Below are positions 16,997 to 35,384 of a stretch of 64,000 bases of DNA, piece by piece; the stretch's first letter is position 1; every line of letters begins with the position of its first letter. Both the position numbers and the translations under genes were made by a program. Source of the stretch: the human T2T-CHM13v2.0 reference genome, Homo sapiens; NCBI RefSeq assembly GCF_009914755.1, contig NC_060939.1, one strand, 5' to 3'. The notes beneath the pieces were generated by a model that saw nothing but the letters and a program-made list of their open reading frames with translations, was not told the origin of the DNA and did not search any database.

Positions 16997-19606
16997 TCCC
17001 CTCTCCCTCTCCCTCTCCCTCTCCCCCTACCCCTCCCCCTCCCCCTCTCCCTCTCCCTCTCCCTCTCCCCACGGTCTCCCTCTCATGCGGAGCCGAAGCT
17101 GGACTGTACTACTGCCATCTCGGCTCACTGCAACCTCCCTGCCTGATTCTCCTGCCTCAGCCTGCCGAGTGCCTGCGATTGCAGGCACGCGCCGCCACGC
17201 CTGACTGGTTTTGGTGGAGACGGGGTTTCGCTGTGTTGGCCGGGCCGGTCTCCAGCCCCTAACCGCGAGTGATCCGCCAGCCTTGGCCTCCCGAGGTGCC
17301 GGGATTGCAGACGGAGTCTCGTTCACTCAGTGCTCAATGGTGCCCAGGCTGGAGTGCAGTGGCGTGATCTCAGCTCACTACAACCTACACCTCCCAGCCG
17401 CCTGCCTTGGCCTCCCAAAGTGCCGAGATTGCAGCCTCTGCCCGGCCGCCACCCGGTCTGGGAAGTGAGGAGTGTCTCTGCCTGGCCGCCCATCGTCTGG
17501 GATGTGAGGAGCCCCTCTGCCTGGCTGCCCAGTCTGGAAAGTGAGGAGCGTCTGCGCCCGGCCGCCATCCCATCTAGGAAGTGAGGAGCGCCTCTTCCCG
17601 GCCGCCATCACATCTAGGAAGTGAGGAGCGTCTCTGCCCGGCCGCCCATCGTCTGAGATGTGGGGAGCGCCTCTGCCCCGCCGCCCCATCTGGGTTGTGA
17701 GGAGCGCCTCTGCCCGGCCGAGACCCAGTCTGGGAGGTGAGGAGCGTCTCTGCCCGGCCGCCCTGTCTGAGAAGTGAGGAGACCCTCTGCCTGGCAACCA
17801 CCCCGTATGAGAAGTGAGGAGCCCCTCCGCCCGGCAGCTGCCCCGTCTGAGAAGTGAGGAGCCTCTCCGCCCGGCAGCCACCCCATCTGGGAAGTGAGGA
17901 GCGTCTCCGCCCGGCAGCCACCCCGTCCGGGAGGGAGGTGGGGGGGTCAGCCCCCCACCCGGCCAGCCGCCCCATCCGGCCAGCCGTGCCATCTGGGAGG
18001 GAGGTGGGGGGGTCAGCCCCCCGCCCGGCCAGCCGCCCCGTCCAGGAGGTGAGGGGCGCCTCTGCCCGGCCGCCCCTACTGGGAAGTGAGGAGCCCCTCA
18101 GCCTGGCCAGCCACCCCGTCGGGGAGGGAGATGGGGGGGTCAGCCCCCCCACCCGGCCAGCCGCCCCGTCCGGGAGGGAGGTGGGGGGGTCAGCCCCCCG
18201 CCCGGCCAGCCGCCCCGTCCGGGAGGGAGGTGGGGGGGTCAGCCCTCCGCCCGGCCAGCCGCCCCGTCTGGGAGGTGAGGGGCGCCTCTGCCCGGCCGCC
18301 CCTACTGGGAAGTGAGGAGCCCCTCTGCCCGGCCAGCCGCCCCGTCCGGGAGGGAGGTGGAGGGGTCAGCCCCCCGCCCGGCCAGCCGCCCTGTCCGGGA
18401 GGGAGGTGGGGGGGGTCAGCCCTCCGCCCGGCCAGCCGCCCCGTCTGGGAGGTGAGGGGCGCCTCTGCCCGGCCACCCCTACTGGGAAGTGAGGAGCCCC
18501 TCTGCCCAGCCAGCCGCCCGGTCCGGGAGGGAGGTGGGGGGGTCAGCCCCCCGCCCGGCCAGCCGCCCCGTCCGGGAGGGAGGTGGGGGGGTCAGCCCTC
18601 CACCCGGCCAGCCGCCCCGTCTGGGAGGTGAGGGGCGCCTCTGCCCGGCCGCCCCTACTGGGAAGTGAGGAGCCCCTCTGCCCGGCCAGCCGCCCGGTCC
18701 GGGAGGGAGGTGGGGGGGTCAGCCCTCCGCCCGGCCAGCCGCCCCGTCTGGGAGGTGAGGGGCGCCTCTGCCCGGCCGCCCCTACTGGGAAGTGAGGAGC
18801 CCCTCTGCCCGGCCAGCCGCCCCGTCCGGGAGGGAGGTGGGGGGGTCAGCCCCCTGCCCGGCCAGCTGCCCCGTCCGGGAGGTGAGGGGCGCCTCTGCCC
18901 GGCCGCCCCTACTGGGAAGTGAGGAGCCCCTCTGCCCGGCCAGCCGCCCCGTCCGGGAGGGAGGTGGGGGGGTCAGCCCCCTGCCCGGCCAGCCGCCCCG
19001 TCCGGGAGGTGAGGGGCGCCTCTGCCTGGCCGCCCCTACTGGGAAGTGAGGAGCCCCTCTGCCCGGCCACCACCCCGTCTGGGAGGTGTGCCCAACAGCT
19101 CATTGAGAACGGGTCAGGATGACAATGGCGGCTTTGTGGAACAGAAAGGCGGGAAAGGTGGGGAAAAGATTGAGAAATCGGATGGTTGCCGTGTCTGTGT
19201 AGAAAGAAGTAGACATGGGAGACTTTTCATTTTGTTCTGCACTAAGAAAAATTCTTCTGCCTTGGGATCCTGTTGATCTGTGACCTTACCCCCAACCCTG
19301 TGCTCTCTGAAACATGTGCTGTGTCCACTCAGGGTTAAATGGATTAAGGGCGGTGCAAGATGTGCTTTGTTAAACAGATGCTTGAAGGCAGCATGCGCGT
19401 TAAGAGTCATCACCAATCCCTAATCTCAAGTAATCAGGGACACAAACACTGCGGAAGGCCGCAGGGTCCTCTGCCTAGGAAAACCAGAGACCTTTGTTCA
19501 CTTGTTTATCTGCTGACCTTCCCTCCACTATTGTCCCATGACCCTGCCAAATCCCCCTCTGTGAGAAACACCCAAGAATTATCAATAAAAAAAAAAAAAA
19601 AAAAAA
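16997..19606 (+). mobile_element. Full-length SVA_F, antisense to AP3S2 in intron 4
   Basis: (CCCTCT)n head to about 17070, Alu-like region with the SVA_F-type ctcatgcggagccgaagc, VNTR, SINE-R and poly(A). TSD GAAAACTCCCCCTTT at 16982-16996 and 19607-19621. Confidence 0.95.
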
Positions 19607-21494
19607 GAAAACTCCCCCTTTCCTAGTAAAATCTATCCTTGAATCCCTGAATCTACACCTGAGATGTTAAGAAATTCATTTGCAGCCTGGTGAGCAACAG
19701 GTGGCATCTTCAAAGAACCCACTTTGCACACTAGGTGGTAACTTCGAAAGTAACACCTTGTATTTAACAATTTGGTTGTTTTTTTTTTTTTGAGACACAG
19801 TCTCGCTCTGTTGCCCAGGCTGGAGAGCAGTGGCGCGACCTCGGCTCACTGCAACCTCCGCCTCCCGGGTTCAAGCGATTCTCCTGAATAGCTGGGATTA
19901 CAAGCGTGCACCATCACGCCTGGCTAATTTTTGTACTTTTAGTAGAGACAAGGTTTTGCCATGTTGGCCAGGCTGGTCTTAAACTCCTGACCTGAAGTGA
20001 TCTGCCCACCTCAGCCTCCCAAAGTGCTGGGATTACAGGTGTGAGCCACGACGCCCGGCCTGTATTTAACAATATTATTTTAAAATCATAACAATAAGGC
20101 CTACAGAAGGCACCTCTCCATTCCCCCTATATTTTCAAGTCTCTTTAATACTTGAAAGGGACTCTAGTTCCTCTAGTACAAAAGGGAACTAGATTTGAGC
20201 TATGGCTCTCCTTGACAGAAGTTGCAAAATAGCAAATCTTTAACATATGAAAAGTACAAAACAACTCTAAGTGCTTGCAAAGAAAGGGTGCTAAGAGATC
20301 GCTGAAGTTTCCAAAAAGTATACAACCCTTTCATATGAAAGGGAGGGTGACTCAAAAGCATCAGTAAATACTGGAAGCCCCGTGAGGTTGTCAGGGAGTC
20401 CAAAGTTAAGTATCTAAAGAAGGAAAAGGGTTCCATGATGTTCCTGCACTAGGATGCTGATAGAGTCACAGAGCCATGTCAGATGGTGAGAGACAAAACT
20501 TTACTCCATTCTAATGTCATCCAAACTCAAGAATGCATTCACTACATTAGCCTGGAAAGTGGGGATCTGCCAACCTCAACAGAGTCAACTAAGACTGAAG
20601 ACCCTATTGAAAAACAACAAGAAAGTCCTTTAGACAGCAATGCTAGCAACGATGGATCTAAAAACTCCTACTTCATCATGATGAAAAGGTTAATAAAGGA
20701 TCATGGCTTAGCAATGAGCAGCAGTCTCCTAAAAAATCATCTCTCTCCAAGGGCCAGGGATCATAATGACAACAATCAGTTGAAGAAAAACCAGGACCAA
20801 GCAAACCAAAGACGCACCAGTAAACTGCACAGGGGACAGCATGTGGTAAGTTGAATAAAATAAACATGGCAATTCCTATTCCCTTGCTGGCTATTGCCCA
20901 AGTTTAATTTGGCATATGAGGACATAGGCCATGTCACAGTTATCCTAGCAAAACAAATCTGAGAACACCTACTTGGGGCCATTTTAATTCTGCCTCTGAT
21001 AGTCTACCTTCCTATAGAATATCACCTGACCTTGAATTACATTACAGATCTCTTAGTCACTATATTACTCTTTAGGAAAGATATAAATTTTACTATCTAA
21101 GTCAAAGCCCCTGCGTCATGATTATTCCAAAGTTTCATTGTCACTGGCCTATGACTAGGAAACTAATTTTATAATCAGCATAAAACTATTTATCTCACCT
21201 TTGGCCAAGTAGCCAGTGACATCATTCTCCTATATCAAGAAATCAGTCTGTGAACAGATGAACCACGATATAGGCCTAGTAATAATCTTATGCACGTTAA
21301 AACTGTTAGTAGATCTTAGCAAAAACAAAACAAAACCCAAACTATTAAATCTATTAAATAAAACATGTTCTAGGACTATCTTAAGAGTAAAAAAAAACAA
21401 GAAACAATATGAAGATGTAGAGGTGGCTAGAGATGCCCAAGGCTCTTGGTTTTCTAGTAACCCTAGTTTGGAAGAGAACTGCAAGAGAATATAC

Positions 21495-21566
21495 CTTATC
21501 CATATGGAAGATCAAATCCAATTCACACACATTTTCGAAACACTTATCCAGAGTTTCCACAAAAAC
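21495..21566 (-). CDS. AP3S2: AP3S2 coding exon 4 (VFVETLDKCFENVCELDLIFHMDK)
   Basis: Acceptor ttgttttctag|, donor AAG|gtatat; 72 nt; conserved NVCELDLIF motif. Later exons lie left of the window. Confidence 0.96.
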
Positions 21567-23253
21567 CTAGAAAACAAGGAGAAATAGATAAAGAAGAGAA
21601 ATAGGAACACATTCACAGCTTTATCAATGTCACATCTGAAAGTAAAAGGGGCTGTCACAATACTATTTACTTTATGATAAATCTCAAAAATTAAAACACC
21701 TACCTTTTGTCTCCAGCATTAGCTGATCACCCTACTTATCTCGATTTAGAGGGAATAATCTAGGACAGGAAAACCTTGTTTTCAGCATAGCAACACAACC
21801 AGCAGACACATGTGGCTCTTTCCCCCTTTATAAGATGCTAATTTATGGTAGGGCATGGTGGCTCATACTTACAATCTCAGCACTTTGAGAGCCCAAGGCA
21901 GGAGGATCACTTGAGGCCAAGAGCTCACGACCAGCCTTGCTAACAAGACGAAAACCCATCTCTACTAAAAATACAAAAATTATCTGGGTGTGGCGACACG
22001 AGCCTGTTATAGTCCCAGCTACTTGGGAGGCTGAGGCACGAGAATAGCTTGAATGAGAATCATTTGAGGTGGAGGTTGCCATAAGCAGAGATCGCACCAC
22101 TGCACTCCAGCCTGAGTGACAGAGTGAGAGTCTCTCAAAAAAAAAAAAGAAAAAAGAAAAAAAATTACATAAAAGAATAACAAATTAAAAAAACCAACTA
22201 CTTACAATACTATGTCCTCAATGAATACATGTACAAAAAATTTTTCATTATTACAGGGTTAACATAGCTGTGTTTTAATTTCAGCCAAAATTAACTTCAA
22301 AACATCTTCCCTTTTTAATTTTTTTGGTCAGTTATTTAGCCTACAAAATACCTTCCTATGAATAAATTTAATTGACGTGTTTACAACTTAAAATTTTTTT
22401 TTAAAAGCCCTGAGCTTACTTCTCTATAGAACCTTTTAACTTTTAATAAAACATAACAGAAAAGTGTACAAATGACAAGGGCACAGTTTAATGAATTTTC
22501 AGAATGAACACACCATGTAACTACAACCTAGGTATCTATCTATAACTGTTTAATTTCTCTCAGACAATGACCTCATTTAAACAATCTCATTGTCAGCAGT
22601 GTCATGAATTGTTCGGCACTGCATGAAAATGGGTCTTACTTGAGGCCAGCAAGTGACAGAGACCAGGCACACCGTTCCACTGTAGCACAAGATGGGTGCT
22701 CATAGGCAAACCACCCTGCAGCGGCTGCTGGGGAGACAGACCCACTTGCCATGAGGAACCAACGCACACTATTGGAGCTGATCCTGCTCTGTCTCTTCTC
22801 TATGTAAGTAAAGCTTTATCCAGTGTTTGCACTTTTTCCTTGCCGACTCTGATACCAAGATGCAATGGGCAAGAGCATTTAGATTCCTTTCTTGAGACTG
22901 GTAACCAGTGCACTGTATTTTGCCAGATACCAACCATTTTGGAAAACTATGACATTATGTATGCATGCTCTATGATCTAGGAATTCTACTCCCAGATAAC
23001 ATATCTAACAGATATATACATGTATGCCAAAAACCACATACAATAATTTCATATTAGTGCCATTCATAAATCTTTACATTTTTAACAGTGCCAGAATATT
23101 TCACTATAAGGACACATAGTTAAATGGGTCTATTTCTCAATCACTATGCTGGGTACTTGGTAAGCCCTTATAATCCTGCAGTTCAAGTCCTTCAGTTCTG
23201 GGAAATTTTATCGAATTATTTTGTTGAGAATTCCCTCCTTTCCACATTCCTAA

Positions 23254-23517
<264 letters not shown>

Positions 23518-23871
23518 TGATATCCAACTCCTGACCTTAAGTGATCCCCCTGTCTTGGCCTACCAAAGTGCTGGGGTTACAGACGTGAGCCACTGTGCCC
23601 GGCCTCTGTCTTATTTTCTCATCTTTTCTCTCCCATTTTCCATCTCTGCCCATTCTGAGACAATTGATTAACTTGATTTTCTAATACTTCAGTTGAAGTG
23701 GGTTTTTGTTTGTTTCCATTTCCTCTCATTTTTTATTTCTAAGAGACCATTTTGTTCATTTTGTGTGAGCAACAAGGCTGTGAGTGTTTTTGTTTAGCAC
23801 CCATTTAGCAATAAGACATAAATGGGTCTTATTTTATTTCTAATTAATAAATGGGTCTTATTATTATTTAA

Positions 23872-24024
<153 letters not shown>

Positions 24025-24372
24025 TGAGCAGCTGGGACTACAGGTATGTGCCACCATGCCTGGCTAAAATACTTCGTATTTTTAGTAGAGATAGGGTTTC
24101 ACCATGTTGGCCAGGCTTTCTCTGTAGCTTAAGAATAGGGTTTTGGGTTTTTTTTTTTTAAACTGTTTTCCTTTCTTTATATGGTGTCCATTTTTAAGTT
24201 GCTTTTTATTGTTTGTTCATTTTATCTCCTTCTTCTATGTTAGAGGTTTTCCGCAGATGTCTGATAATCCTTTGTTTTTCATTTGTTACAAGAATAAAAG
24301 GCTGATTGAAAGCTCTACAATCATGGATATTTCTTGCCCACCTCCATGGTTATTTGCTTCCCTAGCGAAATC

Positions 24373-24451
24373 TGTCTCACGTGTCCATGTGAAGAGACCA
24401 CCAAACAGGCTTTGTGTGAGAAACAAGGCTGTTTATTTCACCTGGGTGCAG
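24373..24451 (-). mobile_element. HERV-H LTR7-family 3' (R/U5) fragment
   Basis: Reverse complement ctgcacccaggtgaAATAAAcagccttgtttctcacacaaagcctgtttggtggtctcttcac matches the LTR7 3' end. Confidence 0.85.
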
Positions 24452-24509
24452 TCTTTCTAGGTATCAAAATTCATTGTAAAGCTTTGTTAACTAAAATAGT
24501 ATAATACTA

Positions 24510-24650
<141 letters not shown>

Positions 24651-25079
24651 TTAGCCAGGCATAGTGGCACACACCTGTAGTCCCAGCTACTTGGAAGGCT
24701 GAGGTGGGAGGATTGCTTGAGCCCAGGAATTCAAGGTTGCAGTGAATTATCATTGCACCACTGCATTCCAGCCTGAGTGACATAGCAAGACCTTGTCTCT
24801 AAATAAATTTTAAAAATAAAATAAAAGTATAATTCTAAGATGGGAATATAGATCAGTGGGGCAGAATATAAATTACTGAAACATACATGTTTATAAAATG
24901 CAATTTTAAAAATAAGAGTCGTATTTTAAGTTGGTGGGGAAAAGACAAGCTAACTGATAATGTTGGAACAGTTATCCTTTGGGGGAAAAATAAAGTTACA
25001 TATTTCAATGCAGACATAAAATTATCTAACAGATATTAATGAGCTAAATGTAAAAAAATAAATTAAAAAAGCAACGGCA

Positions 25080-28248
<3,169 letters not shown>

Positions 28249-29624
28249 ACAACAGCAAAACTGTAGGAGAATATTTTCATACCTTGGGAGCTATGAAGAA
28301 AACAACTTCCAGATGTACCTACATAAAGCAAAAAGACCAATGGAGTAGGAGAAAATATTTGCAATAAATATAACAAAAAAAGAATATGCATACAATTAGG
28401 AAAAAATCTAACTTACAAACAAACAAAACAAATGAGCCTTTTGAAAAGTGGACAAATATCGTAGACATTTCCAAATACCAAAGATACGCAGCCTCACCAC
28501 TATTCAGGGAAACTCTAGTGAAAACAATGAATTTGCATTTTTTCACCCATCAGATTGGCAAACATTTGAAAATATTCTTATTTTTATCTTATTTTTGAGA
28601 CAAGGTCTTGGTCTGTCATGCAGGCTGGAGTGCAGTGGTATAATCATAGCTCACTGCAGCCCTGATCTCCTGGGCTCAAGCAATCCTTCAACCTCAGCCT
28701 CCCAAGTAGCTGAGAATCACAGATGCATGCTACCACCCGAGGCTAATTTTTGTTGTTGTTGCTGTTTCTTTGTTTGTTTTGATACAGGGTCTCTCGCTCT
28801 GTCACCCAGGCTGGAGTGCAGTGGCATGATCTCGGCTCGCTGCAACCTCCGCCTCCCAGGTTCAAGTGATTCTCCCGCCTCAGCCTCCTGAGCAGCTGGG
28901 ATTACAGACGTCCCGCACAATGGCCCAGCTAATTTTTGTACTTTTAGTAGAGACGAGGTTTCACCATGTTAGCCAGGCTGCTCCAACTCCTGACCTCAAG
29001 TGATCTGCCTGCCTCAGCCTCCCAAAGCGTTGGGATTACGGGCGTGGGCCGCCGCACCCAGCCAGGCTAATTTTTTCGTAGAGACAAAGTCTCACTATGC
29101 TGCCCAGGAAGGTCTCAAACTCCAGGGCTTAAGCGATCCTCCTGCTTTGGCCTCCCAAAGTATTGGTATTACAGGCGTGAGCCATTGCACCCAGTGTGAA
29201 AATATTCTTAATATTCAAAAGTCAGTGAGGTTATGGGTAAACAGATACATTCTTATTACATTCCATTAGTACAAGTATCAAAGGCAAAGCCTTTGTTTGG
29301 AGGCAATTCAGCAGTATCTATCCATTTAAAAAACACATGCCCTTATTAAAGCAGCAATTCCAATTGAGAAATCTGTACTATGGGAATTAACATATGTGCA
29401 TATAGATGCACGTGGAAGGATGTCATTGCAGCATCCTTTACAATAGCAAGTAATTGGGAAAAACATAGATGCCCACAAGTAGCATGATGAATCAAAGATG
29501 ATGATACATCCATATTATGGAAAATCACACACCGTCAAAAAAAACTGCATGTGGAAAAAGCTCCAGAACTTAAATGATGAAAAAGAAAGTTTTAGAACTA
29601 TATATAGAGTATGATTACTTTTAA

Positions 29625-29804
<180 letters not shown>

Positions 29805-31814
29805 TAGTGGAGATACAGTTTCACCATGTTGGCCAGGCTGGTCTTGAACTCCTAACCTCAAAGTTAGGTTGCAGTGAGCTGAGATCACGCCACCGCACTC
29901 TGGGCGACAAGAGTGAGACTCCAAATTATATAACAAACTTACATAGTACTGGAGGCATTATAAATTAACATACTCTTCATTTTTTTTTTTTTTTTGAGAT
30001 GGAGTCTCACTCTTGTTGCCCAGTGTGCAGTGGCATGATCTCAGATTTTAGAGTTATTAGAATGTGATAAAATGTGCACCTTAGGATATATAAAATATGA
30101 TATTATAAGCCAGGATCTAGACTTCACTGGAGTCTGGGTGACGAAGTGAGACTCTGTCTCCAAAAAATAAAAAATAAATAAAAGAAACTTTAATGTAAGA
30201 TTCAAAAGAAGAAATGAATAAACAAGAGGGAAATGCTAACTGTTAATTCACTTCTAATTATAATTATAATCCAACAGGGACTTTTTGGGACCTTTACAAA
30301 TTATTCAAGAATACATATGGATGAACAAATAGTTATAAATATCAGAGAACGTACTGAAAAACAACTGCCACAAAGGGGAAATAACTAGTCTTACTAGGTA
30401 TGTGAAACTATATTGAAACAATAAATAGCCAGGTGCAGTGGCTCACGCCTGTAATCCCAACACTTTGGGAGGCCGAGGTCAGGAGTTTGAGACCAGCCTG
30501 GTCAACATGGTGAAACCCCCGACTCTACTAAAAATACAAAAATTAGCCAGGTGCGGTGGTGGGCGCCTATAGTCCCACCTATTCAGGAGGCTGAAGCAGG
30601 AGAATCGCTTGAACCCAGGAGGCGGAGGTTGCAGTGAGCCAAGATTGCGCCACCGCACTCCAGCCTGGGCAACAGAGCAAGACTCCGTCTCAAAAAAAAA
30701 AAAAAGAAACAATAAATAAAACAACATGAAAGTAATGCAGAAAGAAAAATGTAACTCAGTTAACTCAGTAGAATAAAATGAAGAAATGAAGGGTAAAAAC
30801 TAAATCCAATTATGTATTAAATGTTTATTCAACCATTGTTAAAGGTGTGATGACTACATGCTAGGAACATACCATTGTTGACACCACAGTCAACAAGTCA
30901 TGTTCTTATCCAGTTTATATTCTGGGTGTGGGAAGAACAAGGAGGCAAATGAAACAAGATATTTTCTATTGTCCTAAGTGCCCTGAAGGAAGTAAACAGG
31001 ATGATGTGACAGGGGTTACTTCAGATAGAGTGCTAAGAAAGTTTGTCCAAGGATTAAAATTCGAGCTGAGACATAAATGGTAAAAGTCAGTCATTGAAAG
31101 AGCTGAAGTGAAGGAACCTAGATGAGAGTATTCCAGGGGACAGAACAAGTATAAAGGCCCAGACACAAAAATGTACTTGTGTTTGAAGAACAGCAAGAAG
31201 CCTAGAGCATAGTGAAGATGAGCGTGTATACGGTGAGGGGAGAGAGAGGCAAAGGAGCCGGACCATGTTGGGCCTTACAGGCTGTAATAGGGGGCTTGGG
31301 TTTCACTCTGAACTTAATACAGTATACAACATTAGAGTTTCTTCAACAAGGGGAGGTAAAAATGGATTATTTACACTTAATATAATAGGTTAGACAATAA
31401 TTAGTTAAATAAGTTTTAAAATAAACTCAAAATACGCAGATTTACTTATTTGTTGATGATAAGGCAAACCATTATTTTATCTAACAAAGAAAAAAAATGC
31501 TGCCAATTATAATTGTTAAGATGTCACCCACTACAACACACATCCAGATTTTAGAGTTATTGAAGTGTGATAAAATGCGCACCTTAGAATATACAAAATA
31601 TGACATTATAAGCCAGGATCTAGATTTCACTGGACAAGTGTTCAATTATATTATAGAAGGCTGACATGGAAAACAAAATTATAAACCCACACGTGGAAAA
31701 AGGAAGCATGATTAATAAAAATTCAAATGTGTGAGGTACCTCTACCTGGGTAGAAATTTAAAATGACACATTTCAGTACTGGAGTTAAAAGGAAACAAAC
31801 TTATATAGTACTAG

Positions 31815-32043
<229 letters not shown>

Positions 32044-33470
32044 TAGCCAGGCTGGTCTTGAACTCCTGACCTCAGGTGATCCGCCCGCCTCGGCCTCCCA
32101 AAGTGCTGTGGTTACAGGTGTGAGCCACCGTGCCTGGCTAACATACTCTTTCTAAATATCTATCTAGCAACATGCATTATGATTAGAAATATTAATTCCC
32201 TTTGATCCAGGCATTCTGTTTTTAGCAGAATAGGCACAACCGTTTGCATAAAGACTTAGAGTAGTTTTATTCATATTAATTAAAAAAAGAAACAAAGTAT
32301 CCAGTGTCTGTTATCCTAGGTGCTCTGCTACCTGAATCAGCTGAGAACACTCATTTTACCCCCCTGTTCTGCTTTGACCTACTCTTTTTTTTTTTTTTGA
32401 GACGGAGTTTCGCTCTTGTTGCCCGGGCCAGAGTACAATTTCAGCCCACCACAACCCCCGCCTCCTGGGTTCAAGAGGTTCTCCTACCTCAGCCTCCTGA
32501 GTAGCTACGATTACAGGCATGTGCCACCACACTCGGCTAATTTTTTGTATTTTTAGTAGAGACGGGGTTTCTCCATGTTGGCTAGGCTGGTCTCAAAGTC
32601 TCCTGACCTCAAGTGATCTGCCCGCCTCGGCCTCCCAAAGGACTGGGATTACCGGCGTGACCCACTGTGCTTGGCCAAAAGCTACTAATTTCCATATGTT
32701 AAACTTGTATTTAGTCACCTTACAGAACTCTATTATTAGTTCCAATTGTTTCCAACTGATTTGGATTTTCTAGATAATCAATTCATCTGTAACTATTATA
32801 CATTCTGAAAACTAGTAAAGCAAATCTCCCATCACTGTCCTTTTTCCCTAGAAATATACTTCTGCATTTCTTGGCCACTCCTTCTCCCTGATAAATTTTG
32901 CCTTTACTGAGTTCTATAAACTCTCCTGACGGAATTATACTTGGTTTTCCATTTGATGTATTGCTCACCACCTTTGGGACTACTGTCATCTTTGCTTGAC
33001 TCTTCCCAACAACGGGAGAGTTTGTAGCTCCATTTGTTCCAACTATTCCTTTGTTTTTTCTTTAAGATTTTATAATTTTATTGGAATCAATGTCAAGTAT
33101 TCCATACCAAGTTAATTCCCAAGCACTAACTATCCTTTATTATTACTGTAAATGAGACTTCTTTAATTATGAATTTTCTAGCTGTTTTCTCAGAAATAGG
33201 AAATTTAATTTTGTTGGCTTTATCTCATATTCTGTCATTTTGCTCATATCATTTCCTTACTTATAATTCTTTAAAAATATTTTCTATGTCCATAATCCGG
33301 CCACCTTACATTGATAACTTACCTCTCTTTCTTTCTTTACTATGTCACTTCTTCATTTGTTTTTGTATCACTCACTACAAATGTTTGTTAAAATTAGAGT
33401 AAACAATAAAAGATACTCCTTTTTTTTTTTTGAGACAGAATCTCGCTCTGTCACTCAAGCTGGAGTGTAG

Positions 33471-33742
<272 letters not shown>

Positions 33743-33857
33743 TGAGATAACATTGGCTCTGGTTCTTGGCTCTTGGTTTTGAAACTAAAATTGATTGCTT
33801 CAAGGAAAGTAAACTAGGTGATAAGGGGAAAGGGGAAGAAGGATATTTTTCACTATA

Positions 33858-34077
33858 CAGGTTGAACACTTAAAATCCAAAAACCTGAAATCCAAAACAC
33901 TGCAAAATCCAAAATTTTTGAGTGCCAACATGATGCTCAAAGGAAATGCTTATTGGTCATTTCAGGTTTTGGACTTTCAGATTTAGGATAAGTATAATGC
34001 AAATATCCCCAAATCTGAAAAAGTCCAAAATCCAAAACACTTCTGGTCCCAAACATTTCAAAGGGATATTCAACCTG
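33858..34077. mobile_element. Tigger4a/MER46A-type MITE (TcMar-Tigger) hosting MIR5009
   Basis: Terminal inverted repeats CAGGTTGA...TCAACCTG flanked by TA on both sides; internal AAATCC(G/A)AAA repeats. Confidence 0.85.
33949..34048 (-). ncRNA. MIR5009: MIR5009 precursor
   Basis: Reverse complement contains TTGGACTTTTTCAGATTTGGGGAT and TCCTAAATCTGAAAGTCCAAAA, which pair as a long stem. Confidence 0.8.
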
Positions 34078-35237
34078 TATACTCATAGTGTGCCTCTGAA
34101 TTCTGAACCACATAACTATATTCATTTCTTCAGAAAGTAAACAGTTACATTAATAAATGTGTACTTTTAATCAAAAATGCTTCTTATTCCAGTTTGAGTG
34201 TATTTAATATAATTTGTATAATCGCTCCTCTCAGCAACTACTAATTTTTATTATATTAGTTTTTCTTACTGCTATAATAGACTATTAATTTTTCTTTGTT
34301 ATACTGACTTGCATTCTTGGGATAAATACTATTTGGACACAATGTATAATTCTTCTATTTAATAGTATGCAGTTTTCCTGCTAAAGAAATAATTTTAGGG
34401 CTAGAAAAGAATATCTAGTATCTTTGTAGATTAAAAAAAAACCACTCAACACACAGAAGAGACAAAATGCAAAACAAACAAAAACCCTTAAGGCCAATAA
34501 AGCCTAGATGATTTGTTTAAGGTCACACTGCTTGTTAATGGCAGAGTCAAAAAGAAAAAAAAGGCAGGTCTCACAATCCCTTGGTTCAACTGATTGTCGG
34601 CTAAGATTTTACTTAGTAAGTAATTTTGTACCAGTACTAATACGCAATATTTGACGAACATCTTCCCCTTTTTTTTTTTTTTTGAGATAGAGTCTCACTC
34701 TATCACCCAGGCTGGAGTGCAGTGGCACAATCTCGGCTCACTGCAACCTCCGCCTCCCAGCTCAAGCGATTCTTCTGCCTCAGCCTCCCGTGTAGCTGGG
34801 ACTACAGGCGCATGCCACCACACCCAGCTAATTTTTTTTGTATTTTTAGTAGAGACAGGGTTTCACCATATTGGCCTGGCTGGTCTCGAACTCCTGACCT
34901 CGTGATCCTCCTGCCTCGGCCCCCAAAGTGCTGGGATCACAGGCGTGAGCCGCTGTGCCTGGCCCATCTTCCTTTTTAGAGTCAGGTTTTTGGATGATAA
35001 CCAATTTATTCCATAAAATGCGCTTAGGTAGTAGGATTCCTTGTTCTAAGTTTTAAAAAATAACTTAATGTAACATCCAGGTTTTAATGTACTTCAACTT
35101 TAAAAAATTCTACTGTGACCCCATTAGGGAGTCAGTTCTTTTTTTAACATCTATTATTTCATCCTAATATTATTTCAGTGCCTTTATGTTGACCTCATTT
35201 GGGCAGTTTTTTGTTCTTGTTTTTTTTTTTGAGATAG

Positions 35238-35384
<147 letters not shown>

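Noticed and set aside
20483-20854. 123-aa plus-strand ORF in apparently non-Alu sequence, ending at a gtaagt donor-like site
   Set aside because: No recognisable homology, promoter or partner exons; length is compatible with chance. Would need PhyloCSF or ribosome profiling.
22590-22935. Possible old ERVL-type LTR
   Set aside because: LTR-like composition, but I could not assign family or boundaries with confidence.
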